The translations under genes and the position numbers were made by a program. From contig JAXLNO010000575.1 in the NCBI GenBank assembly GCA_038087875.1, positions 186,001-250,000 on the forward strand: 64,000 nucleotides of DNA, in the 5' to 3' direction. Of the stretch, positions 1-12,640 are shown piece by piece. Below the pieces are notes generated by a model. It was not told the DNA's origin, did no database searches, and saw nothing but the letters and a program-made list of their open reading frames with translations. Source of the stretch: Malacoraja senta. Taxonomy: Eukaryota. Within the stretch, counting starts at the first letter, position 1. Every line of letters begins with the position of its first letter.

Positions 1-284
1 TATAAGATCAACCCTCATCCTGTGCTACAAGGAAGAAAGTCCTAGCCTGCTTAACCTCTCTCGGAAACGGTTCAGGTTCTTGAGTCCTGGGCATATGCCT
101 GTAAATGAAAGTGTCCAAGAACCACTGTATCAATCGAGCGCTGGAGATGATGAAGACACACATGGTGTCCAACCATAGACAAAGACCAATGTCCACTATA
201 GTTGAACGAGGGTACAGTCCGATTCACCGCCACCCCATTGCAGACACTGGACTCATAATAACCCGAGACCTAAAGAGATGTTGA

Positions 285-720
285 CTCAACACTTCACGCT
301 GCCTCGGGAAAGCAGCCAACATCATCAAAGACGTGTCCCTGTCCCACCCCGGTCATTCCTTCTTCTCCCCGCTCCCGTCCGGCAGAAGGTACAGAAGCTT
401 GAAGGCGCACTCCACCAGACTCAGGAACAGCTTCTTCCCCTCTGTTATCAGGCTTCTGAACGGTCCTTCCATAAGCTAGGGTACTGTCCGATTCACCTCC
501 ACCCCATTGCGGACATTGGACTTTGTCTGTGGAACTGATGCGCTACAATGCTGAAAACTAGATTCTGCACTCTGTATCTTCCCCTTTGGCTCTACCTATT
601 GGACTTGAGTTTGACTTGATTGTATTTTATGTCCAGTATTATCTGGTCTGTTTGGGTAGCTGCAGAACAAAGCTGTTGCACTGTACCTCGTTACACATGG
701 CAATAATAAACCTGAACCAC
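285..720 (+). mobile_element. Rex1/Babar-type LINE 3' fragment
   Basis: Degenerate frame HPGHSFFSPLPSGRRYRSLKAH..RLRNSFFPSVIRLLN and a 3' tail ending gcaataataaac. Confidence 0.65.
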
Positions 721-982
721 AGTCAGAAGTTACAAGAGGCCAGAGTGTTTACACAATCTTCTCGTATCTCGGTTGTTTGGAACCTTCATACAGATGGTAG
801 AATCGTCAAAGTTAGGAATCGAGTGGAATATTTGGCCCCTTCTACCCTCCTCTGCCTGTTCGCTAGGATCATGTCTCTTCATCCACATTCTGGCCACCTC
901 TCCCACACTTTCACTCTCCCCATCTTCCTCCACTCCCTCTGGCCCCCCGCAACTTGCCAACACCATCTTCTGCAAGAGAAGA

Positions 983-1182
983 CACAGAGTGCTGGAGTAA
1001 CTCAGCAGGTCAGGCAGCATCTGTGGAGAACATGGATGGGTGATGTTTCACAGAGTGCTGGAGTAACTCAGCGGGTCAGGCAGCATCTGTGGAGAACATG
1101 GATAGGTGACGTTTCACAGAGTGCTGGAGTAACTCAGCGGGTCAGGCTAGCATCTGTGGAGGAACATGGATGGTGACGTTTC
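983..1182. repeat. 66-bp tandem repeat (3 units), dispersed family
   Basis: Unit cagagtgctggagtaactcagcgggtcaggcagcatctgtggagaacatggataggtgacgtttca. Related arrays at ~26765-26940, 28460-28720, 47385-47575 and 59070-59280. Confidence 0.9.
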
Positions 1183-1425
1183 TGGTCGGGACCCTTCGTC
1201 TGCATCTTCTACACAGACATGTACAATCATTCCCTCCACTTCCCACCGAGGGTAGAACTCACCTGATCGATGTTTCATAGATTTTCTGTTTCATTCCTTG
1301 AATCAAGTCTTATGAAATTCATCCATAGTTGATGTTTCTGTGTGTTGTCGTATGGCGACACTGCTACTGCTACTGCTGCAAACAAGATGTTCATTGTACC
1401 TGTATATCACCAGCACTAGTGCACT

Positions 1426-1806
1426 AGATCACTCTCAGAGGCGGCTGGAAAGAAGCAGCAGCCGGTGGATTTGGCTCAAGCGGAAAGAACCCATGCAAGG
1501 GCCCCAAGTATGTCGGGGTGAATCTTTGGGACGGTTGTTGGACACGGGACATGCGCTGAGGGTCTGATCATCCTGCAGCGGGGCCGCCCTTGTGGAGGTG
1601 TATAGTGTTAAAAGGCCGAAACACCAGTGATGCAAGGGTACACTACTGATGATGTGTCCTGTGCCCCAACTGTCCTGAAGGTTACCCCCCCCCCCCCCCC
1701 CGATGTTGAGCGTCTACCACTCTCAACAATCAACGAATGTCGTGAAATGCTCCCCCACCTATTGGCACAAGGACTTCTTAACATCTTGTCCTGTGTATTT
1801 GATTCT
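1426..1806 (+). mobile_element. Extra 3'-terminal fragment of the same HERO element fused to its 5' end
   Basis: Matches 5388-5749 (end of ORF plus 3' UTR, ending gtatttgattct) with scattered 1-3 bp indels. Confidence 0.9.
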
Positions 1807-4800
1807 GGATAATCTGACTCGTCCAGTGACTGCTGTGAAAGGACAGCTGACAACATGGAAAGTCCCATGTGACAGCTTGGAGAGACAGCTGACAGGAGGG
1901 AACAGACCCCACTGGGGCCGTCATGGGCTAGCTACCCATGACAGCAGTCCCCAACGCTGTTCTCAGCTAGTTGGAGACACCCGCTAAATGCTACTAAAAG
2001 TAAAATAAAGAGAATACCCTAGAGCCTGCGAGAGCGGGGGCGGAAGATGGCTCACCGATTGATAACACGGTTACAGACCCAGGAACGGAAACGACTATTG
2101 ACAAGGAGAGCATGGCACATGAGACATCCACAACAGCTGCGGGACACAAACTTCAGGTGTGCATCTGTGGTTGGGAGAAATTAACATCAGTGAAGGGCTT
2201 GAAGATCCACCAAGGGAAGAAAAAGTGCTTGAGAGAGCAGAAACATGGGCCTCGCATTGACCAGTACTTCTTACGAAGCAACCGGTCAAATCAGTCGAGT
2301 GAAGCACAGCGACGGGACACAAACCAAAGTTCGCAGAGCATCAGCACCCATGTCACTGAAGAGGGTGATACAAGCACAGAAATGTCGGTGGAGGAGCCCA
2401 CGCAACAACTACAAAGACCTCCATTGGAGGGAAAGATCAAAGGGCACAAACCTGGAGTGAAATGGCCCAAGGCTGTTGAAAAGAAAGAGTGGGAGACGGT
2501 CAACAGTGACCTTATACATATCTTGGAGCAACAAACGGGCACAGCAGTGGAAAAGCTTGAAAGGATGGGCAACACAATCTACAGCTATGGGGAAGAACGG
2601 TTTGGGGTGAGTAATGGGAGAGGTGGAAAGAAATTACCAACACCAATCAAGTCCAGGAGGCAGCAGGAGATCGAGAGGCTAATCAGAGAGAGGAGACAGT
2701 TGAAAAAGCAATGGAAAAAAGCAACTGACGCAGAGAGAGAAGGTCTCATGCTACTCCAAGAGGACATCAAGAACCGATTGGCAACCTTGCGAAAAGCAGA
2801 GAACTTGAGGAAACTTCGCAAGAAGAAAGAACACACAAGAACACGGTTCTATAAAGACCCTTTCAAGTTCATCAAAGACCTCTTCGCAAAGGAAAAAAGT
2901 GGAACTTTGAAAACATCAAAACAGGAATTGGAGGAACACCTGGAAAAGGCCCACAAAGACACGAAAAGGCATGAGCAGTTGGTCATCCCACATGACATCC
3001 CGCCTATTCAACCACCTGAATTCAACATGGACACCAGCCCTCCGAGATGGAAAGAGGTGGAGAACACGGTCCGGCGAGCAAGAGCAGCATAAGCTCCGGG
3101 GCCAAACGGAGTACCATACAAGCTCTATAAGAACGCACCGGATGTGTTACGCTTTCTATGGAAGCTCATGAGGGTGGTGTGGAAGAAGCAAACAATACCT
3201 AAGGCTTGGCGAAGGGCCGGCGGCATGCTAATACCTAAAGAAAAGGATTCGTCAGACATCAGCCAATTCCGGCCAATATGTCTCCTCAACGTCGAGGGAA
3301 AAATCTTTTTTAGCATTGTATCACAAAGGCTGTCCACCTATCTGGTAACAAACAAGTACATTGATACATCTGTACAGAAAGCAGGAATTCCAGGATTTTC
3401 GGGCTGCTTGGAGCATACAAGCATGATCTGGCACCAGATCCAAGCAGCTAAGAAGGACAAGAGAGACCTACATGTGATCTTCCTCGATCTGGCCAATGCA
3501 TTTGGTTCAGTTCCCCATGAACTCCTTTGGGAATCTTTTGCCTTTTTCCATGTACCAGAGCTCATCACCACACTGGTCAAGAAATATTACCAAGACCTGC
3601 AGCTGTGCTTCACAACAGCTGACTTCAGTACAACATGGCAGCGCTTGGAAGTAGGCATCATGGCAGGCTGCACAGTCTCACCCTTGGCCTTTACAATGGC
3701 CATGGAAGTCATCATCAGGGCCTCAAAATGGGTGGTGGGCGGTGAACGAACCAGGGCTGGGCTCCGTCTGCCACCCATCAGGGCATACATGGACGACATG
3801 ACAACACTAACCACTACTGCAGCATGCACCAAGCGGCTACTTGGAAAGCTGCAGGAGAACATCAAGTGGGCCCGAATGAAAATCAAACCAAGTAAATCTC
3901 GAAGCATCTCCATAGTCAAGGGGGTGCTTAGAGACACAAGGTTCTGTATTGGTGACGACCCAATACCAACAGTGTCTGAGCAGCCAGTTAAAAGCCTGGG
4001 AAGATGGTATAACGCAAGTCTCAAGGACAAAGAGCAGGTGCAACAACTAAGGCAAGAAATTGTCAATGGACTGGAGAACATCAATCAGACCCTACTGCCT
4101 GGGAAACTGAAGCTCTGGTGCCTACAGTTTGGACTCCTTCCTCGGACAATGTGGCCACTGACCGTTTATGAAGCCCCAATAACAACTGTGGAGAAGATGG
4201 AGCGAACCATAACTTCATACGTGAAGAAATGGCTCGGTGTCCCACGATGTCTAACTAACATCGGCCTCTATGGCAAAGGGGTCCTGGAACTACCTCTCAC
4301 TAGTCTAACAGAGGAATATAAGTGTTCTAAAGTAAGACTCCAGATGACACTGAGGGACTCTAGAGACAAGATCATCAGTGCTGTTGCGCCGCCCCTAGCA
4401 ACTGGCCGGAAGTGGACACCATCTGATGCACTACAGCAAGCTTCATCAGCCCTGAGGCACAAAGACATAGTGGGGCATGTCCAGCAGGGAAGAGGAGGCT
4501 TTGGCCTTACGACAAGTAAACCAACTTGGCAAAAGGCCACAACATCAGAGCGGAGGACGTTGGTGGTTGAGGAGGTGCGGCGACAGGAGGAGGCCGCAAG
4601 AAGTGCAAAGGCGGTCTCTCTTGCCAAGCAGGGGCAATGGATGCAGTGGGAAGGTGTGGAGCGGAGGAAGATCAGCTGGAAAGAACTATGGGAAATGGAA
4701 GCAAGCAAGATCAGCTTCATCATCAGAGCGACATATGACGTGCTTCCATCACCAAAGAACCTCCATCAGTGGTACGGCGAGGATCCAACCTGTGCCATCT

Positions 4801-5749
4801 GCCCAACTCCAGCGACCCTCAAACACATCATGGTAGGCTGCAAGACCAGCCTCACGCAAGGGAGATACACGTGGCGGCATAATCAGGTACTAAAAAGCCT
4901 GGCATCAGCCCTTGAGAACAGGCGGTGTGCGACCAACTCCTTGCCTCCGAGAGCAAGCAACCCTCCCCTAAGGGTAATAACCTTTGTCCGAGAAGGACAG
5001 AAAACTTCTAAACTTCCTTCCACCAGATCAGAAGAAGGAAGCCAATGCAGGGCCCGTGACTGGAGGATGCTGGCGGACATCGGCCGACAACTAATTTTTC
5101 CACCTGAAATTGCTTCCACCACCCTCAGGCCAGACTTGGTGTTCTGGTCCCCTTCACAGAAGACTGCTTACATCATAGAGCTCACAGTTCCATGGGAGAA
5201 CTCTGTTGAGGAGGCCTATGAGCGTAAGAAGCTGCGCTACGCAGAGCTTGCAGCAGAGGCAACGCAGCGTGGCTGGAACACCAAAGTCTATCCAGTTGAA
5301 GTGGGATGCAGAGGATTTGTTGCGTCATCTACCATCAGACTGCTGAAGGAGCTTGGAATCCACGGTCAGGCTCTGCGGAAGACCATAAGATCACTCTCAG
5401 AGGCGGCTGAAAGAAGCAGCCGGTGGATTTGGCTCAAGCAGAAAGACCCATGCTGGGCCCCAAGTATGTCGGGGTGAATCTTTGGGACGGTTTGACACGG
5501 GACATGCGCTGAGGGTTGATCATCCTGCAGCGGGCCGCCCTTGTGGAGGGTGTATAGTGTTAAAAGGCCGAAACACCCAGTGATGCAAGGGTACACTACT
5601 GATGATGTGTCCTGTGCCCAACTGTCCTGAAGGTTACCCCCCCCGATGTTGAGCGTCTACCACTCTCAACAATCAATGAATGTCGTGAAATGCTCCCCAC
5701 CTATTGGCACAAGGGACTTCTTAACATCTTGTCCTGTGTATTTGATTCT
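1807..5749 (+). mobile_element. Full-length HERO/NeSL-type (R2 group, restriction-like endonuclease) non-LTR retrotransposon
   Basis: Single long frame with an N-terminal CCHC finger (CICG...H...C), RT (APGPNG, FRPI, DLANAFGSV, AYMDD), a C-terminal CCHC and REL endonuclease motifs (RHNQV, RPDLV, IELTVPWE, KKLRY). Bounded by a long target duplication. Confidence 0.92.
2112..5477 (+). pseudogene. HERO RT-REL polyprotein interrupted by one in-frame TAA (3090-3092)
   Basis: ORFs 2112-3092 and 3144-5477 share a frame; the junction reads RARAA*APGPNGVPYKLYK, where Ser (TCA) would be expected at the stop. Confidence 0.9.
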
Positions 5750-6544
5750 CTGTGTGTTGTCTATGCGCCACTGCTACTGCTACTGCTGCAAACAAGATGT
5801 TCATTGTACCTGTATATCACCACACTAGTGCATTTTATAATAAACTCCACTTGACATTAGTTTTGAGGTTACCATTACTAATAATCCAGCTGCTATTGAT
5901 TTAGTGAGATTGATTGATTGATAGATCGGTCTATTGATTGATTGGTCGAGTGATTGGTTTATTGAAGGTGAGAGGGAAATGATTTAACAGGCAACTTTTT
6001 CTTTACTCAGTGGGTGGTGGGCGTACGCACGAGCTGCCAGAGGTAGTTGAGACACTGCCATTGCTCTGTTTAAAAGGCTGTTGCACAGGTTCACAGATAG
6101 GACAGGTTTAGAAGGATGCAGACCAGTGGGATTCTTGTAAATGGGGTGTGTTGGTCACCATGAGCAAGTTGGGCTGAAGGGCCTGCTGCCACACTGTATA
6201 ACTCCATGATTGATTGATTGATGCAACATGGAAACAGGCCCTTCAGGCCACCAATTCCATGCTTTTTCACACTCGCTCCATGTTACCCCACTTTCTCTTC
6301 CACTCCCCACACACTAGGGACAATTTACAGAGGGCCAATTAACCTACAAACCAGCACGTCTTTGGGATGTGGGAGGAAACCCCATGTGGTCACAGGGCAA
6401 ACTTCACACTTTATTCCTTCCAGTTTAAAGATATCCTTCCTACAGTAGGGTGACCTGAACTGAGCACAATACTCCAAATACGGCCTCACCAACCTCTTGT
6501 ACAACAAGAACAACAGCAACAGTCCCTAAACGTCTAAACTTCGT

Positions 6545-7400
6545 ATGCTGGAGTAACTCAGCGGGACAGGCAGCATCTCTGGAGAGAAGGAATGGGTGAT
6601 GTTTTGGGTCGAGACCCATCTTCAGACTGAGAGTTAGGGGAGAGGGAGGTACAGAGAAAAGGAAAGTTAGGGTGTGAAAACGAGACATCAAAGGGGAAGG
6701 AGCTCAAGGGAAATGTAGAATAGATCATTGTTAGCTAGGAAAAGTTGACAACAAAGCCAACAGAGATAAACAATTTAATCAGGAGGACAGTCAGACTGGT
6801 GGGAGAACTAGGGTGGGGGAGGGATGGAGAGAGAGGGAAAGCAAGAGTTACTTGAAGTTAGAGAAGTCAATGTTCATGCCGCTGGGGTGTTAACTGCCCA
6901 AGCAAAATAGGAGGTGCTGTTCCTCCAATTTGCACTGGGCCTCACTCTGACAGTGGAGGTGGCCCAGGACAGAAAGGTCAGTGTGGGAATGGGAGGGGGA
7001 GTTAAAGTGTTGAGCAACCGGGAGATCGGGTAGGTTTAGGCGGACTGAGCGGAGGTGTTCAGCGAAACGATCGCCGAGCCTGCGCTTGGTCTCGCTGATA
7101 TACAGGAGTCCACACCTGGAACAGCGGATACAGTAGATGAGGTTGGAGGAGGTGCAAGTGAACCTCTGCCTCACCTGAAAAGACTGTCGGGGACCTTGGA
7201 CATAGTGGAGGGGGGAGGTAAAGGGACAGGTGTTGCATCTCCTGCGGTTGCAGGGGAAAGTACCTGGTGGATGGGGTGGTTTGGGTGGGAAGGGACGGCT
7301 TAACCAGGGAATTTCCTGAGTGAACGGTCTCTGCAGAAAGCAGAAAGGGGTGGAGATGGGAAGATGTGGCTTGTGGTGGGATCCCGTTGGAGCCAGCATC
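6545..7400 (-). mobile_element. Penelope-like element 3' part (GIY-YIG endonuclease plus terminal repeat)
   Basis: C..C..C region followed by CTSSNLIYCIRCSRCGLLYISETKRRLGDRFAEH...PVAQHF. Confidence 0.85.
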
Positions 7401-8434
7401 TATCTGCAGTTCCTTACTACACATTCTGTACGCACTACCCTGGCTGATAAAGACCAATGTACCGAAGGTCTGAAGGGTCTTGACCCGAAACGTCACCTAT
7501 TCCTTCGCTCCTTTGATGCTGCCTCACCCGCTGAGTTTCTCCAGCATTTTTGTCTACCTTCAATGTACTGAAAGTCTTCTTTACCACCCTATGTATCTGT
7601 GATAGACACAAAATGCTGGAGTAATTCAGCGGGACAGGCAGGAAGGTGTGACGTTTCGGGTCAAGACCCTTCTTCAGACCTACCGTATCTACCTGTGTCA
7701 TCATTCTCAGGGAACTATGTATCTGCACTTCTAGACCCTTCTGCTCTACAACACTCCCCACAGCCCTGCCGTTGACTGTGTAGGTCTTGTCCTGGTTAGA
7801 CTTCCCAAAATGCAACACCTCGCACTTATCTACATCCCAGCTGACCAAGATCCTGCTGTCACCATCTTCACTGTCTACAATACCATCTACTTTAATGTCA
7901 TCTGCAAACTTAGTATGCGTGCCGTGCACATCCTTCTCCAAATTGTTGATTAAAACCACAAACAGCAATGGGCCCAACACCGATCCTCGACGCACTCCAC
8001 CAATCGCAGGTTTAGTTTAGTTTAGTTTAGAGATACAGCACGGAAACAGCCCATTCTTATCCAAATTGTTAATGTAAACAACAAAAGACGTGCCGGTCTG
8101 GAGGTTAATTGGCTTTTGTGAATTGTGTAGGGCAGGGTTAGTGTGTGGGGTGATTGCTGGTCGGCATGGACTCGGTGGGCAGAGGGGCCTGTTTCCACGC
8201 TGTATCTCTAAACTAAACTAATATGTTTCTCCACATTAACTTCACTATTAGCAACTAGGTTCCAAAGGTGTGTAGGTTAATTGGCCCTCTGTAAATTTTC
8301 CCAAGTGTGTAGGGAGTGGGTGAGAAAGTGGGATAATATAGAACTAGGGTGAACAGATGATTGATGGTCAGCATGGACTTGGTGGGTCGAAGGGCCTGTT
8401 TCCGTGCTGTATATTTCAAGTAAAAGGCTGGAGG

Positions 8435-8655
8435 GTGTCACGGTGGCGCCGCGGGTAGTGCTGCTGCCTCACAGCGCTGGAGACACGGGTTCGATCCAGA
8501 CTGCAGGTGCTGCCTGTACGGAGTTTGTACGTTTTCCCTGTGATCTGCGTGGGTTTTCTCCGGGTGCTCCTGTTTCCTCCCACACTCCAAAGACATACAG
8601 GTTTGTATGTTAATTGGCTTGGTATAAAAAGCGTAAAATTGTCCCTAGTGTGTGT
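8435..8655 (+). mobile_element. HE1-like tRNA-derived V-SINE (mirror copy ~11386-11606)
   Basis: A box ggtggcgccgcgggtag, B box gggttcgatcc, V-domain tgtacggagtttgtacgtt...gggttttctccgggtgctcc. Confidence 0.8.
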
Positions 8656-8859
8656 AAGAGAGTGTTCAGTTCAGTTTATTGTCACGTGTACCGAGGTACA
8701 GTGAAAAGCTTTTGTTGCGTGCTATCCAATCAGCGGAAAGACAACACATGATTACAATCGAGCCATTCACAGTGTACAGATACATGATAAGGGAATAACG
8801 TTTAGTGCAAGGTAAAGTCAGCAAAGTCAATAGACAATAGATAATAGACAAAGACAATA

Positions 8860-9511
8860 GACAATAGGTGCAGGAGTAGGCCATTCGGCCCTTCGAGCCA
8901 GCACCGCCATTCAATGTGATCATGGCTGATCATCCACAATCAGTACCCCGTTCCTGCCTTCTCCCCATATCCACTGACTCAGCTATCTTTAAGAGCCCTA
9001 TCTAGCTCTCTCTTGAAAGTATCCAGAGAACCGTCCTCCACCGCCCTCTGAGGCAGAGAATTCCACAGACTCACAACTCTCTGTGAGAAAAGGTGTTTCC
9101 TCGTCTCTGTTCTAAATGGTTTACCCCTTATTCTTAAACTGTGGCCCTTGGTTCTGGACTCCCCCAACACCGGGAACATGTTTCCTGCCTCTAGCCAGTC
9201 CAAACCCCTAATAATTCTATATTTCAATAAGAGTCCCTCTCATCCTTCTAAACACCTGAGTGTACAAGCCCAGCCGCTCCATTCTCTCAGCATATGACAG
9301 TCCCGCCATCCCGGGAATTAACCTTGTAAACCTACGCTGCATTCCCTCAATAGCAAGAATGTCCTTCCTCAAATTAGGGGAACGAAACTGCACACAATAC
9401 TCCAGGTGTGGTATCATTAGGACCCTCTACAACTGCAGAAGGACCTCTTTGCTCCTATACTCAACTCTTCCTGTTATAAAGGCCAACATGCTATTCGCTT
9501 TCTTCACTGCT
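8860..9511 (-). mobile_element. CR1-clade LINE 3' fragment
   Basis: [33 protein letters not shown]...RVVSLWNSLP and a (CTATTGT)n tail. Confidence 0.9.
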
Positions 9512-9517
9512 TCCTCA

Positions 9518-11215
9518 TGTACAAGTGGCCAGAGCATCTGGGGTGACGGAGGAACTGAAGGAAATCCACATTAGGCAGGAAATGGTGTTGAGTAGACTGA
9601 TGGGACAGAAGGCTGATAAATCCCCAGGGCCTAATGGTCTACATCCCAGGGTACTTAAGGAAGTGGCTCTAAAAATCGTGGATGCATTGGTGATAATTTT
9701 CCAATGTTCTATAGATTCAAGATCAGTTCCTGTGGATTGGAGGGTAACTAATGTTATCCCACTTTTTAAGAAAAGCGGGAGAGAGAAATCAGAGAATTAT
9801 AGACGTTAGCCTGACATCGGTGGTGGGGAAGATGCTGGAGTCAATTATAAAAGATGAAATAGCGGCACATTTGGATAGCAGTAACAGGATCGGTCCGAGT
9901 CAGCATGGATTTACGAAGGGGAAATCATGCTTGACTAATCTTCTCGAATTTTTTGAGGATGCAACAAGGATAATGGGCAAGGGAGAGCCAGTGGATGTAG
10001 TGTATCTGGACTTTCAGAAAGCATTTGATAAGGTCCCACATAGGAGATTAGTGGGCAAAATTAGGACACATGGTCTTGTGGGTAGAGTGCTGACATGGAT
10101 AGAAACTTGGTTGGCAGACAGGAACAAAGAGTAGGAATTAACGGGTCCCTTTCAGAATGGCAGGCAGTGACTAGTGGGGTACCGCAAGGCTCGGTGCTGT
10201 GACCGCAGCTATTTACAATATACATCAATCATTTAGATGAAGGGATTCAAAGTAACATTAGCAAATTTGCAGATGACACAAAGCTGGGTGACAGTGTGAA
10301 CTGTGAGGAGGATGCTATGAGAATGCAGGGTGACTTGGACAGGTTGGGTGAGTGGGCAGATGAATGGCAGATGCAGTTTAATGTGGATAAATGTGAGGTT
10401 ATCCACTTTGGTGGCAAAAACAGGAAGGCAGATTGCTATCTAAATGGCGTCAAGTTGGGAAAACGGGAAGTACAACAGGATCTGGGGGTCCTTGTTCATC
10501 AGTGAATGAAAGTAAGCATGCAGGTACAGCAGACAGTGAAGAAAGCGAATGGCATGTTGGCCGTCATAACAAGAGGCGTATAGGAGCAAAGAGGTCCTTC
10601 TGCAGTTGTACAGGGCCCTAGTGAGACCACACCTGGAGTATTATGCGCAGTTTTGGTTCCCCTAATTTGAGGAAGGACATTTTTGCTATTGACGGAGTAC
10701 AGCGTAGGTTTACAAGGTTAATTCCCGGGATGGCGGGACTGTCATATGCTGAGAGAATGGAGCGGCTGGGCTTGTATACTCTGGCGTTTAGAAGGATGAG
10801 GGGGCATCTTATTGAAACGTATAAGGTTATTAAAGGTTTGGACACGCTAGAGGCAAGAAACATGTTCCCGATGTTGGGGTAGTCCAGTACCTGGGGCCAC
10901 AGTTTAAGAATAAGGGGTAAGCCATTTAGAATGGAGATGAGGAAACACTTTTTCACACAGAGAGTTGTGAGTCTGTGGAATTCTCTGCCTCAGAGGGCGG
11001 TGGAGGACGGTTCTCTGGATACTTTCAAGAGAGAGCTAGATAGGGCTCTTAAAGATAGCTGAGTCAGTGGATATGGGGAGAAGGCAGGAACGTGGTACTG
11101 ATTGGGTATGATCAGCCATGATCACATTGAATGGCGGTGCTGGCTCGAAGGGCCGAATGGCCTACTCCTGCACCTATTGTCTATTGTCTTTGTCTATTAT
11201 CTATTGTCTATTGAC
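9518..11215 (+). mobile_element. CR1-clade LINE, 5'-truncated, degenerate RT
   Basis: KSPGPNGLHPRVLKE, QHGFTKGKSCLTNL, VYLDFQKAFDKVPH, FADDTK; several stops and frameshifts. Confidence 0.92.
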
Positions 11216-12640
11216 TTTGCTGACTTTACCTTGCACTAAACGTTATTCCCTTATCATGTATCTGTACACTGTGAATGGCTCGATTGTAATCATGTGTTGT
11301 CTTTCCGCTGATTGGATAGCACGCAACAAAAGCTTTTCACTGTACCTCGGTACACGTGACAATAAACTGAACTGAACACTCTCTTACACACACTAGGGAC
11401 AATTTTACGCTTTTTATACCAAGCCAATTAACATACAAACCTGTATGTCTTTGGAGTGTGGGAGGAAACAGGAGCACCCGGAGAAAACCCACGCAGATCA
11501 CAGGGAAAACGTACAAACTCCGTACAGGCAGCACCTGCAGTCTGGATCGAACCCGTGTCTCCAGCGCTGTGAGGCAGCAGCACTACCCGCGGCGCCACCG
11601 TGACACCCTCCAGCCTTTTACTTGAAATATACAGCACGGAAACAGGCCCTTCGACCCACCAAGTCCATGCTGACCATCAATCATCTGTTCACCCTAGTTC
11701 TATATTATCCCACTTTCTCACCCACTCCCTACACACTTGGGAAAATTTACAGAGGGCCAATTAACCTACACACCTTTGGAACCTAGTTGCTAATAGTGAA
11801 GTTAATGTGGAGAAACATATTAGTTTAGTTTAGAGATACAGCGTGGAAACAGGCCCCTCTGCCCACCGAGTCCATGCCGACCAGCAATCACCCCACACAC
11901 TAACCCTGCCCTACACAATTCACAAAAGCCAATTAACCTCCAGACCGGCACGTCTTTTGTTGTTTACATTAACAATTTGGATAAGAATGGGCTGTTTCCG
12001 TGCTGTATCTCTAAACTAAACTAAACTAAACCTGCGATTGGTGGAGTGCGTCGAGGATCGGTGTTGGGCCCATTGCTGTTTGTGGTTTTAATCAACAATT
12101 TGGAGAAGGATGTGCACGGCACGCATACTAAGTTTGCAGATGACATTAAAGTAGATGGTATTGTAGACAGTGAAGATGGTGACAGCAGGATCTTGGTCAG
12201 CTGGGATGTAGATAAGTGCGAGGTGTTGCATTTTGGGAAGTCTAACCAGGACAAGACCTACACAGTCAACGGCAGGGCTGTGGGGAGTGTTGTAGAGCAG
12301 AAGGGTCTAGAAGTGCAGATACATAGTTCCCTGAGAATGATGACACAGGTAGATACGGTAGGTCTGAAGAAGGGTCTTGACCCGAAACGTCACACCTTCC
12401 TGCCTGTCCCGCTGAATTACTCCAGCATTTTGTGTCTATCACAGATACATAGGGTGGTAAAGAAGACTTTCAGTACATTGAAGGTAGACAAAAATGCTGG
12501 AGAAACTCAGCGGGTGAGGCAGCATCAAAGGAGCGAAGGAATAGGTGACGTTTCGGGTCAAGACCCTTCAGACCTTCGGTACATTGGTCTTTATCAGCCA
12601 GGGTAGTGCGTACAGAATGTGTAGTAAGGAACTGCAGATA

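Noticed and set aside
983..1182. 66-bp period repeats as CRISPR arrays
   Set aside because: The whole unit repeats, so there are no variable spacers.
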